DNA of 64,000 nucleotides from Candidatus Eiseniibacteriota bacterium (GCA_038231135.1 JBBRLX010000002.1:96001-160000), one strand, 5' to 3'. Positions 30,471 to 38,639 are shown, numbered from the stretch's first letter. Numbers and translations are program-made. Notes: generated by a model from the sequence alone, not told the origin.

Positions 30471-31223
30471 TCAGCGATAGAGTTGCTTGATCCTGCCCCA
30501 GCTACTTGCACGCACGGGCACCGCCGCGCAATCGGCGCCGGTCCCATGGCTCCAGACCGCGATGTTGGCGGCGAGCGGCCCGGGCGTCTCGAGCAGGATC
30601 TCGGTGGGAACGCTCTTCGGACCACGCAGCAGCTTGATGCTGTTGAGCACGAGGCAGGCGGCTTGCTGACAGCCCGCACACTGGTCGGGGACCACGGTGT
30701 GCTGGTTGCCGATCAGCAGTTTGAGCGCGTAGTACACGGTTCCCGCGGCGATGACCCGTGCCGAGTCCGAGCGGATCGCGTAGGTGCCGACCATGCGGGC
30801 CTGGTCGTCGCGCGAGTGCGGAAATCCGGGGTAGTAGAAGATCGCCACACCCGAACCCAGATTGCGCCACGGATCCGCGCAGGCGCTCTCGTTCGAAAAA
30901 TCCCCGCTCACCCGCAGTTGGCCGTCGCGGCAGTGGCCCTCCTGCATCTGCCACCAGTCGGACAGCGCCCCCTGGCCGCTCTGAAAGTCGACCGTGATCT
31001 CGATGCCGATCACGTTGTCGACCGTCTGGCCAACCGTGAACGAGCTGACCAGCGCGTTCGCGCCGTCGTTGGTCTGGCAGATGCCGACCGCGTCGCGGGA
31101 CCCGGAACCGAGCGCGCAGTCGTCCCAGTTCAGGAATAGCTGCCCGTCGAACGCGTAGGCTTGGGGGAGATGGAACAGCGTCGCCGCCAGCACCAGCAGG
31201 CACGCACGGAATCGGGTTCGCAT
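30471..31223 (-). CDS. Secreted Cys-rich paralogue B (divergent) with WG-x-K-x-LYR tail
   Basis: Signal peptide, LFLNWDDC, LSDWW, CAGCQQAACLVLNSI, ends SSWGRIKQLYR. Confidence 0.88.
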   Translation of the reverse strand: MRTRFRACLLVLAATLFHLPQAYAFDGQLFLNWDDCALGSGSRDAVGICQTNDGANALVSSFTVGQTVDNVIGIEITVDFQSGQGALSDWWQMQEGHCRDGQLRVSGDFSNESACADPWRNLGSGVAIFYYPGFPHSRDDQARMVGTYAIRSDSARVIAAGTVYYALKLLIGNQHTVVPDQCAGCQQAACLVLNSIKLLRGPKSVPTEILLETPGPLAANIAVWSHGTGADCAAVPVRASSWGRIKQLYR

Positions 31224-31310
31224 GCGTCTGAGCTTAACCGCTCCGGCAACGCGCGCAACCAGTTCGCGACGGGCGCGGTGAGCGATCCCAGCGCGCCGGC
31301 GCACCAAACG

Positions 31311-31342
31311 CCGAAGCGACCGTCTTGCGACGGTCGCTTCGG
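31311..31342 (-). terminator. Hairpin downstream of paralogue C
   Basis: 14-bp perfect stem CCGAAGCGACCGTC with GCAA loop on the minus strand, followed by CGTTT. Confidence 0.6.
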
Positions 31343-31367
31343 AGGTGTTGCAGTGCTGTGTTCGAGA

Positions 31368-32102
31368 CTAGCGGTACAGGCTCTTCACCTGTCCCCACGT
31401 GCTGACCCTCGTGGGGGTGCTGTTCTGGCACCCGGGGGGGCCAGAAACAGGCGACTGCCAGGTCACGTAGTTCCGGTCGGCAGGATTCGTGATGACCGGG
31501 TCGTTGTTCTGATCGGGCGGCTGGAACAGCTGCAGCTCGTTCAGCACGATGCAAGCCGGGTTCGCGCAGCCGACGCAGCTACCCGCGCCGGTCGTCTTCG
31601 CCCGCAGCAGGCTCACCTTGAACGAGTAATACTCGGTCGACGCGTCCACCGGGCCGCGATTGTCGATCGGCACTGCGCACGTGATCCGCAGACGTCCGCG
31701 GTCCGCCGTGCCGAAGCCCACGTCATACGCGCTGCCACCGGCCGCCGCACCGGCGAAGAAGTCGGCGCAGATGAACGGTCCACCCGTGAAGTCGAAGGAC
31801 ACCGACAAACCGGTCGTGCTGCGGCAGAAGCCGGTGCCGTGCGCCCACCAATCCGGCAGCACCGCCGCGTCCGTCTTGATGTCGATCTGGCCCGACTCGC
31901 CCAGGAACTGGTCGATGCCCGCCGGTGGAATGAACGAACCGATCATGACGAACGGTGCGCCGGCGTTGCTGTTACACGCAAACGTCGTGTTCTGTGTGCC
32001 GTTCAAGCCGCAATCGTTCCACGACAGGTTGATGCCCGTGGCCGACGCGGCTGCCGCACCCAGCACGAGCATCGCACTCGCGATGAGGAAAATCTTCTTC
32101 AT
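31368..32102 (-). CDS. Secreted Cys-rich paralogue C with WG-x-K-x-LYR tail
   Basis: GGAGG RBS, signal peptide, GINLSWNDCG, ends STWGQVKSLYR. Confidence 0.92.
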   Translation of the reverse strand: MKKIFLIASAMLVLGAAAASATGINLSWNDCGLNGTQNTTFACNSNAGAPFVMIGSFIPPAGIDQFLGESGQIDIKTDAAVLPDWWAHGTGFCRSTTGLSVSFDFTGGPFICADFFAGAAAGGSAYDVGFGTADRGRLRITCAVPIDNRGPVDASTEYYSFKVSLLRAKTTGAGSCVGCANPACIVLNELQLFQPPDQNNDPVITNPADRNYVTWQSPVSGPPGCQNSTPTRVSTWGQVKSLYR

Positions 32103-32182
32103 GTGAAGCCTCCAGGCTGATTACTGCAAGGGGGACCGAAAATTCCTGTTAACGGTACAGGTTGTCACTCAGCGGTACGAAT

Positions 32183-32911
32183 TTACCGATACAGGCTCTT
32201 CACCTGGCCCCAGCTCGAATTGTGAGTCGGGGTCGACAGCGGGCAATTCGGCACTGAACTCGCCTGCCAGGTCACGTAATTCGAATTTCCCGGATTCGTG
32301 ATGGAAGGGTCGTTCGCCTGATCGGGCGGCTGGAACAACTGAATCTCATTGAGCACGATGCACATCGGCGTCGAGCATCCCGCGCAGTTGCCGGGAGTGG
32401 CGCTCTTCGACCGCTGCAGGTTGACCTTGTACGCATAGTACTCGGTCGACGCGTCCACCGGACCGCGGTTGTCGATCGGCACTGCGCAGGTAACACGCAG
32501 GCGCGCCCGGTTCGGACCACCGAACGCGTTGTCATAGGCGAATCCACCGGCCGCCGCGCCGCCGAAGAAATCGACGCACGTGAACGGTCCGCTCGTGAAG
32601 TCGAAGGACACGGTCATGCCCGACGTGCCGCGGCACTGACCGGTTCCGTGCGCCCACCAGTCCGGCAGCGACGCCGTGCTGGACGAGATGTCGATCTGCG
32701 AATTGAGACCGAGAAACTGATCCACGCCCGCGGGCGGGACAAACGACGCAACCATGGTGAACGGTACACCGCTGTTGGACGCACAATCGAACGTAGCCGA
32801 CGGGTTGCCCGCCGCACCACAGTCGGTGAATGCGAGATTGATACCGGCCGCCGAGGCGATTGACACCGAAAGCGCCAGCATCGCGGTAGCGATCACGAAC
32901 GTCTTCTTCAT
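32183..32911 (-). CDS. Secreted Cys-rich paralogue D with WG-x-K-x-LYR tail
   Basis: GGAGG RBS, signal peptide, GINLAFTDCG, ends SSWGQVKSLYR. Confidence 0.92.
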   Translation of the reverse strand: MKKTFVIATAMLALSVSIASAAGINLAFTDCGAAGNPSATFDCASNSGVPFTMVASFVPPAGVDQFLGLNSQIDISSSTASLPDWWAHGTGQCRGTSGMTVSFDFTSGPFTCVDFFGGAAAGGFAYDNAFGGPNRARLRVTCAVPIDNRGPVDASTEYYAYKVNLQRSKSATPGNCAGCSTPMCIVLNEIQLFQPPDQANDPSITNPGNSNYVTWQASSVPNCPLSTPTHNSSWGQVKSLYR

Positions 32912-33050
32912 GCTTCCTCCAAGATGCTACTAAGCTACGAAGGGGGAAAGACTCCCTGAGTGATCCGGAAACAGAAACATTGTTGGTCGGCCATCACCAC
33001 CTTTCCACCGAGGATTCATAGGTTGGGCGTTGACGGTTCGTTGCCTCGAA

Positions 33051-33710
33051 TCAGTGGCAGTACGCGGCGCAGCTGTTGATCGATGATGCACCCAGCACGA
33101 CGCCGAGCAGCAGCGACAGATCCGCGGGGTTGATCGAGTTCGTGCAGTTGTAGTCCGAACGGCCACGGTAGGTGCCCGGGAAGTCGAACTGATCCGGCAG
33201 GAACACCGAGATGTCGGCCGGGTTCACACCGCCGGCGCCGTTCTCGTCGAACGCCCCAACGTTGATCGTGCCCAGGTTGACACCATCGGCATACACCGTC
33301 GCGCACTTGAATCCCGCGCCGACCGTGTGCGCAGCCGTGTTACGGGCGCCACCGACGACACGCAGCACGACGCTGCCCGCACCGTCCGACACCGAGCTGA
33401 TGCTGCCGACGGCACCCGAGCAGTCGGCGGAGACGCCGGCGACGGGCTGGACGGAGCACACGCGGATGTCCGCGGAGCATGCGCTGAAGTCGATCACCAC
33501 GGAGCTGCCGGCGATCGGGTTGTGCGCGAGGTCACGCACGGTGATCGTGAACTGACCGTGGGAATCGGCAACGCCGCCGGTGCTGCCGACGAGGTTGAGA
33601 CCGCACGGAACATCGGAATCCGCGGGGCTGGGGACGGAAGCCATCGCGCTCGAGGCTGCCATTACTCCCATGCACCCAAACAGCATGGCCTTGCGAAGCA
33701 GACCAGACAT
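33051..33710 (-). CDS. Secreted Cys-rich protein, Ig-like domain plus dockerin-like Ca-binding repeat pair
   Basis: GGAGGT RBS, signal peptide, ITVRDLAHNPI; repeats DENGAGGVNPADI and DYNCTNSINPADL. Confidence 0.8.
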   Translation of the reverse strand: MSGLLRKAMLFGCMGVMAASSAMASVPSPADSDVPCGLNLVGSTGGVADSHGQFTITVRDLAHNPIAGSSVVIDFSACSADIRVCSVQPVAGVSADCSGAVGSISSVSDGAGSVVLRVVGGARNTAAHTVGAGFKCATVYADGVNLGTINVGAFDENGAGGVNPADISVFLPDQFDFPGTYRGRSDYNCTNSINPADLSLLLGVVLGASSINSCAAYCH

Positions 33711-33895
33711 TTTTGCACCTCCAATTACAGTGGGGTCACCCCTGTTGCTAATGACGTACGTATGCAAAAGTTGCGAGCAATCAGGTACGGCTGCGAGCCA
33801 CCTCCTTTCAGGCTCTTCAATTCTCAGATCGTTCGCGACGCCGGGGCGCGGAGCAGCTTAATTACCGCGCTCGCAAGGCGTTCCAAGACAGAAGA

Positions 33896-33925
33896 AGTCT
33901 AGGGTCCGGGTTCGCGCCATGTCAA
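33896..33925 (-). promoter_or_regulatory. Sigma70-like promoter upstream of the dockerin-like/paralogue gene run
   Basis: TTGACA-N18-TAGACT. Confidence 0.6.
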
Positions 33926-34015
33926 GGATTTTTGCCCTCCCGGGGCGGCGAATTGCGGCAAATTCCGCCGATCCGAGCCTGTCTCTGGCTGATCCGGCCC
34001 TACTGCGTTCCACGG

Positions 34016-34091
34016 TGGTGGGCGAAACAGGGTTCGAACCTGTGACCCCTTGCTTGTAAGGCAAGTGCTCTGCCAGCTGAGCTATTCGCCC
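34016..34091 (-). tRNA. tRNA-Val(TAC)
   Basis: GGGCGAATAGCTCAG...CTTGC-CT-TAC-AA-GCAAG...GGTTCGAACC...TTCGCCCACCA. Confidence 0.97.
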
Positions 34092-34330
34092 GAATTCCGG
34101 ATTCGTGAACGGATGAGCAGCGAGCTGGGGATCAGGACCACATACCCCAGGACGAGCAGTATGGGGGCGAGGGTGATGGAACCCTTCGCCAGCGACATAT
34201 ACCCGGCCACCAGCACCCCGAGTCCCAGGGCCAGCATGAGGCTGTTACCTGCACCCCAGCTGAACCCGAGGTCGGTCTCGGCCGCGGACCTGCGCTGACT
34301 CCGTGCTTTCACCACTGGCTTGCCGTTCAT
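34082..34330 (-). CDS. Small two-TM membrane protein (DUF3098-like)
   Basis: GGGAG RBS; N..ML.LGL..LVAGY...SITLAPILLVLGYVVLIP; stop lies inside tRNA-Val. Confidence 0.7.
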   Translation of the reverse strand: MNGKPVVKARSQRRSAAETDLGFSWGAGNSLMLALGLGVLVAGYMSLAKGSITLAPILLVLGYVVLIPSSLLIRSRIRNSGE

Positions 34331-34376
34331 TGTTCTCCCTTGCCCTTCCGGACGAACACGAAATAAGCCGACTGCC

Positions 34377-34515
34377 TCTGCCCTACGGATCTGGGCGAGG
34401 TCATCGGCTCACGAGGTCCAATCGCGGCTCACGTCGAAACGTGTGTCGGAAGGGCCCTGGCACCGACGACCTCAGCGAAGATCGTTTGTGTGCCGCCGCC
34501 TCCGTGGGGCGCAGA
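34377..34515 (-). ncRNA. Candidate structured non-coding RNA / leader
   Basis: Nested stems on the minus strand: TCTGCGCCCCACGGA/TCCGTAGGGCAGA, GAGGTCGTCGG/CCGATGACCTC, CACGT-TTCG-ACGTG. Confidence 0.3.
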
Positions 34516-34597
34516 CTTAATATCCCCGGAACACGACCGCGGTTCCCGCTTTTCTTGCGCCACACATTAAGGTGTCGAAATGCTCTGGTCCAAGGGT

Positions 34598-35569
34598 TTA
34601 TTTCGCGGGAATCGTGCCGGGAACGTGGGTGGATCGACCCGGTATGCGGCCTGACTCGGCCGCGGGGTCACCGTCGAAATCCATTGCAATATTTAGATTT
34701 CCCGACCTAAACCCTTCGAGGTCCAGCGTCACGTAGCGAAATCCCACAGCCTTGAGTCCATCCACCACCTGCTTCCGCAACGCCGGGTCGAGAAAACGCG
34801 GCAGATCGCACACCGGAACCTCGACCCGGGCAATTTCCTGGTGGAACCGGACCCTGAGCTCCAGGAACCCGGCGTCGCGGAGCACCTGCTCCCCCCGCTC
34901 CACCTGCTGCAGGATCTCGGGCCGGATTTCGACGCCATAGGGAATCCTCGACGCCAGGCAGGGCGATGCCGGCTTGTCCCGGCTGGCGATGTCGTAGAAC
35001 GCCGCCGCGGCGCGGACATCTGCTTTGGTGAATGCCAGTTCGGCGAGCGGAGACATCACCCGGTGCTCGGCCGCCGCACGCCGCCCGGGCCGCCAGTCGG
35101 TCAGGTCGTCCGCGATCGTGCCGTCGAGGATCACCGTACCCGGAAACCGCTCCGCCACCACGACCAATTGACGGTACAACTCGGTCTTGCAGTGATAGCA
35201 GCGATTCGTGGGATTCGAGCGGAAGTTGGGGTCCGACAGCTCACCCGTCGTTACGATCTCGACCCGCGCGCCGAACGACCGGGCCTGCTCGAGCGCCAGC
35301 TCGAGCTCGCGGGCGGCGTAGGAATCGGAGCGGCCGATCACGGCGAGCGCGCGCGCCCCGAGCACCTCGACGGCCACGCGCAGCAGCACGCTCGAATCGA
35401 CGCCGCCCGAGTAGGCGATCACCGCGCCCTCGAGGCCGCCGAGGAACTCCCTGAGCCGCTGCAGACGATCCTGCCAGCTCAGGGGATCGGGACGGAGCAT
35501 GCCGTCGATCTGGATGAACGCGGAAGAGGTCACGGGTCGCGAAGCGTAGCACGGGCGCGGGATAAACAC
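34598..35569 (-). CDS. larE: LarE-family ATP-dependent sulfur transferase (PP-loop)
   Basis: AYSGGVDS, RCYHCK, DWRPG, PCLASRIPYG, LRVR, GFRSG; start uncertain. Confidence 0.88.
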   Translation of the reverse strand: MFIPRPCYASRPVTSSAFIQIDGMLRPDPLSWQDRLQRLREFLGGLEGAVIAYSGGVDSSVLLRVAVEVLGARALAVIGRSDSYAARELELALEQARSFGARVEIVTTGELSDPNFRSNPTNRCYHCKTELYRQLVVVAERFPGTVILDGTIADDLTDWRPGRRAAAEHRVMSPLAELAFTKADVRAAAAFYDIASRDKPASPCLASRIPYGVEIRPEILQQVERGEQVLRDAGFLELRVRFHQEIARVEVPVCDLPRFLDPALRKQVVDGLKAVGFRYVTLDLEGFRSGNLNIAMDFDGDPAAESGRIPGRSTHVPGTIPAK

Positions 35570-35602
35570 CGAGCGACCGTCCTTTTGGACGGTCGCCCGG
35601 TG
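35567..35602 (-). terminator. Hairpin downstream of paralogue E
   Basis: CACCGGGCGACCGTCC-AAAA-GGACGGTCGCTCGGTG then TTT on the minus strand; shares the GCGACCGTC core with the 31311 hairpin. Confidence 0.65.
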
Positions 35603-35624
35603 GTGGTGCGTGTCGTGTTGGGGC

Positions 35625-36359
35625 TTACCGGTACAGGCTCTTGACCTGTCCCCACGTGCGGCTCTTCGTGGGCGTGCTCAGCACGCAGCCGGCGGGGCCG
35701 TCCACCGGAAGCTGCCAGGTCGCGTAGTTCCGATTGGCCGGACTCGTGATATCGGGATCGTTGTTCTGATCGGGCGGCTGGAATAGCTGGATATCCTGCA
35801 GGACGATGCAGGCGGAGTTTGCGCAGCCGGCGCAGCTACCCGCGCCGGTCGTCTTCGCCCGCAGCAGGCTCACCTTGAACGCGTAGTACTCGGTCGACGC
35901 GTCCACCGGGCCGCGGTTGTCGATCGGCACCGCGCACGTAACCCGCAGACGTCCGCGATTCGGCGTGCCGAAGCCCACGTCATACGCGCTGCCGCCGGCC
36001 GCCGCACCCACGAAGAAATCCGCGCAGGTGAACGGTCCGGCCGTAAAGTCGAAGCTCACCGACATACCGGTCGTGCTACGGCAGAAACCCGTGCCATGCG
36101 CCCACCAATCCGGCAGCGTCGCCTGATCCGTTTTGATGTCCATCTGCGCCGACTCCCCCAGGAACTGGTCGACGCCCGCCGGTGGAATGAACGAACCGAT
36201 CAATATGAACGGAGCGCCGCTGTTCGAATTGCACGCGAACGTCGTGTTCTGCGTGCCGAACGTGCCGCAGTCGTTCCACGACAGATTGATGCCCGCGGCC
36301 GACGCCAGCGAAGCTCCTAGCGTAAGCATCGCGCCCGCAATGATGAGACTCTTGTTCAT
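35625..36359 (-). CDS. Secreted Cys-rich paralogue E with WG-x-K-x-LYR tail
   Basis: GGAGG RBS, MNKSLIIAGAML signal peptide, GINLSWNDCG, ends RTWGQVKSLYR. Confidence 0.92.
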   Translation of the reverse strand: MNKSLIIAGAMLTLGASLASAAGINLSWNDCGTFGTQNTTFACNSNSGAPFILIGSFIPPAGVDQFLGESAQMDIKTDQATLPDWWAHGTGFCRSTTGMSVSFDFTAGPFTCADFFVGAAAGGSAYDVGFGTPNRGRLRVTCAVPIDNRGPVDASTEYYAFKVSLLRAKTTGAGSCAGCANSACIVLQDIQLFQPPDQNNDPDITSPANRNYATWQLPVDGPAGCVLSTPTKSRTWGQVKSLYR

Positions 36360-36456
36360 GACCGCCTCCAGGCTGCAGTGGGGGAATGGGGGAACCGCGG
36401 GAACGCCGAGGGGGCCTGCTAACTGCCTACTTGACAACGTCTTCCAAGACGAGCTA

Positions 36457-36485
36457 ATTCTAGGAGTCCACGTTCGTCGGGTCAA
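36457..36485 (-). promoter_or_regulatory. Near-consensus sigma70 promoter for paralogue E
   Basis: TTGACC-N17-TAGAAT. Confidence 0.7.
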
Positions 36486-36550
36486 GGAGTTTCAAAGCGA
36501 CCGACCGGGCGGACAGGTTTCCGGCACCGTGGCCCCCTCGAGAACCCGGG

Positions 36551-37720
36551 CTATTTGGAGGACCGGGGGGCGGCCTTGCCGGAATGCGCGACGGATTTCG
36601 CCGACGCGGCGGGCTTCGGCGGCGCCTTCGGGCCGGCCACCTTCCCGGAATCCGCGACGGCGGCGAGCGAATCCGGGATCACCGGCAGCGTGGCGCGCAC
36701 GGTCCGGATGTTCGCGAGGTGCTGCTCGTAGGTCTCCGAGAACATGTGGCGCCCGAGCCCGTTCGCCACGAAGTACAGCTCCTTCGATTCGGGCCCCGGG
36801 TTGATCGCCGCCTCGATGCTCGCCCGCCCCGGATTGCAGATCGGGCCCGGCGGCAGGCCCACGTGCATGTAGGTGTTGTACGGCGAGTCGGCGCGCAGCT
36901 GGCGCAGGTAGATGCGCGACCGCGGCACCATCCCCACCGCGAACGCGACGGTGGGATCCGCCTGCAGCTTCATGCCAAGGGCCAGCCGGTTCAGGTACAC
37001 CCGCGCGATCCGGGGCCGTTCGACCGCCACCTGCGCCTCGCACTCGACGATCGACGCCAGCGTGAGCAGTTGGTGGAGCGACAGCGACAGCGGCAGCGAG
37101 TCGCGGCCGGCGGCCTGATCGAGCAGCAGCGTCTGCGTGCGCTCCGCCATGGTGCGGAACGCCACCTCCGGCGACGTCCCGGGCAGGAACTCGTAGGAAT
37201 CGGGCGCCAGGTAGCCCTCCAGACTGGGCGCGCCGATGCCGAGCGAATCGAGGAACGCGCGATCGTGGCTCAGCGAATCGAACGCCGCCACGCGCACGCC
37301 GAGGTGCGCGGCCAGGCGGTCGCTGACCTCCCGCAGCGTCAGCCCCTCGGGAATCGTGACCAGGTTGAGGCCGCTCATGCCGCGCGAGAACGCCCGCAGC
37401 AGCGCGGGGATCGTGATGCCCAGGTGGAACGAGTACTGGCCCGCCTGGATGCTGCGGTCGAGGTGCATGAACCGCGCGAGCACCTGGAACCCGAGCGTGC
37501 CGTGGATCAGCCCCACGCGCTCGAGCTCGTTCGCGACCTCGTGCAGCGTCTCGCCCTTCTGCACGAGCACCACGCGCCGCTCGCGGTTGGGAAACGGGCC
37601 GGCCGGCAGGAACAGGTGCGCGGCGACCGCCGCGACGAGTGCTAGCAGCAACAGCAACGCCCAGCGTCGCGGCCGGAACGTGCGGCGGCGTCCGGCGCCG
37701 CCGCGCCGCGCAGGGGTCAC
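36551..37720 (-). CDS. mltG: Endolytic transglycosylase MltG
   Basis: TIPEG, LEGYLAPDSY, LASIVECE, LQADPT, SPYNTY...GLPPGPICNPG. Confidence 0.95.
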   Translation of the reverse strand: MTPARRGGAGRRRTFRPRRWALLLLLALVAAVAAHLFLPAGPFPNRERRVVLVQKGETLHEVANELERVGLIHGTLGFQVLARFMHLDRSIQAGQYSFHLGITIPALLRAFSRGMSGLNLVTIPEGLTLREVSDRLAAHLGVRVAAFDSLSHDRAFLDSLGIGAPSLEGYLAPDSYEFLPGTSPEVAFRTMAERTQTLLLDQAAGRDSLPLSLSLHQLLTLASIVECEAQVAVERPRIARVYLNRLALGMKLQADPTVAFAVGMVPRSRIYLRQLRADSPYNTYMHVGLPPGPICNPGRASIEAAINPGPESKELYFVANGLGRHMFSETYEQHLANIRTVRATLPVIPDSLAAVADSGKVAGPKAPPKPAASAKSVAHSGKAAPRSSK

Positions 37721-37754
37721 GCGGAGCCGCGCCCGCGGGTCCGGGACGGCAGCG

Positions 37755-38186
37755 TCACGTCGCGTTCCGCCGGCGGGATTCGAGTCGCGACAGGAACGAC
37801 TCCAGCAGCGCGACCGCGGCGCCCTGGTCGATGCGGCCGCGCTCGTGGCCGGTCTTCACCCCCACCTCGCGCAAGCGGCGGGCGCTGAGCGCCGAGGTGA
37901 GGCGCTCGTCGTAGGTCTCGACGGGAATCGTCAGCGCCGCGCCGAGCGCATCGGCGAACGCCTGCGCCGCGTCCGCCGCCGAGCCGCGCGCGCCCGACAT
38001 CAGGAACGGCATGCCGACCACCACATGGCCGGCTTCGATCTCGCGCGCGCGCTTCGCCACCTGGCGGACGGCGTCCGCGGGACCGGTCACTTGGAGCGTC
38101 TCGAGACCGGTCGCGATGATCCCCGCCGGGTCGCTCACCGCGAGGCCGACCCGTTTCTCGCCCCAGTCCACCGCCAGCACCCGCAC
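37755..38186 (-). CDS. ruvX: RuvX/YqgF Holliday junction resolvase-like, pre-16S rRNA nuclease
   Basis: LAVDWGEKRVGLAVSD, DERLTS, IDQGAA. Confidence 0.95.
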   Translation of the reverse strand: MRVLAVDWGEKRVGLAVSDPAGIIATGLETLQVTGPADAVRQVAKRAREIEAGHVVVGMPFLMSGARGSAADAAQAFADALGAALTIPVETYDERLTSALSARRLREVGVKTGHERGRIDQGAAVALLESFLSRLESRRRNAT

Positions 38187-38189
38187 CGG

Positions 38190-38639
38190 TCAGCCGGCCG
38201 CCTGTGCGGCCGGTCGCAGCTTGACCAGGTGGCACACGGTGCCATTCGGCGAGAACTGGAAATCCACGGAGTCCATGCACGCGCGCATGATGAAGATTCC
38301 CCGGCCGCGGGCATCGAACAGGTGTTCGGGCGTGGTGACATCGGCCTGAACCAGATCGAGCTGGAACCCGGTGCCGCTGTCGTGGACGTCGACTTCGAGC
38401 CGGTCCGGGTAGAGCGAGAACTGGATGTCGACCGGCAGCGAAGGGTTCTTGCGGTGACCGTGCTGGATCGCGTTCGTGCCGGCCTCGATCACGGACATCG
38501 TGACCTGCGACGCGGTGTCGACGTCGAACTTCATGCGATCGCACAGCGCGGTCGCGACCGAATCGAGCACGGACAGCAGGTCGAGACGGCTCGGGATCCG
38601 CATGCTGATGACTTCCGGCTGCGTTGGGGTATTGGGCAT
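38190..38639 (-). CDS. RsbW-like anti-sigma factor / HATPase_c Ser kinase
   Basis: EAGTNAIQHG, DSGTGF, GRGIFIM. Confidence 0.88.
   Translation of the reverse strand: MPNTPTQPEVISMRIPSRLDLLSVLDSVATALCDRMKFDVDTASQVTMSVIEAGTNAIQHGHRKNPSLPVDIQFSLYPDRLEVDVHDSGTGFQLDLVQADVTTPEHLFDARGRGIFIMRACMDSVDFQFSPNGTVCHLVKLRPAAQAAG

Noticed and set aside
29553..36359. Paralogue repeats as DGR template/variable regions
   Set aside because: No reverse transcriptase in the window; differences are not adenine-specific and all copies are full genes
36361..36430. c-di-AMP riboswitch-like words (GGGGAACCG, GCTAAC)
   Set aside because: They lie on the strand opposite the downstream gene, and the remaining consensus elements are missing
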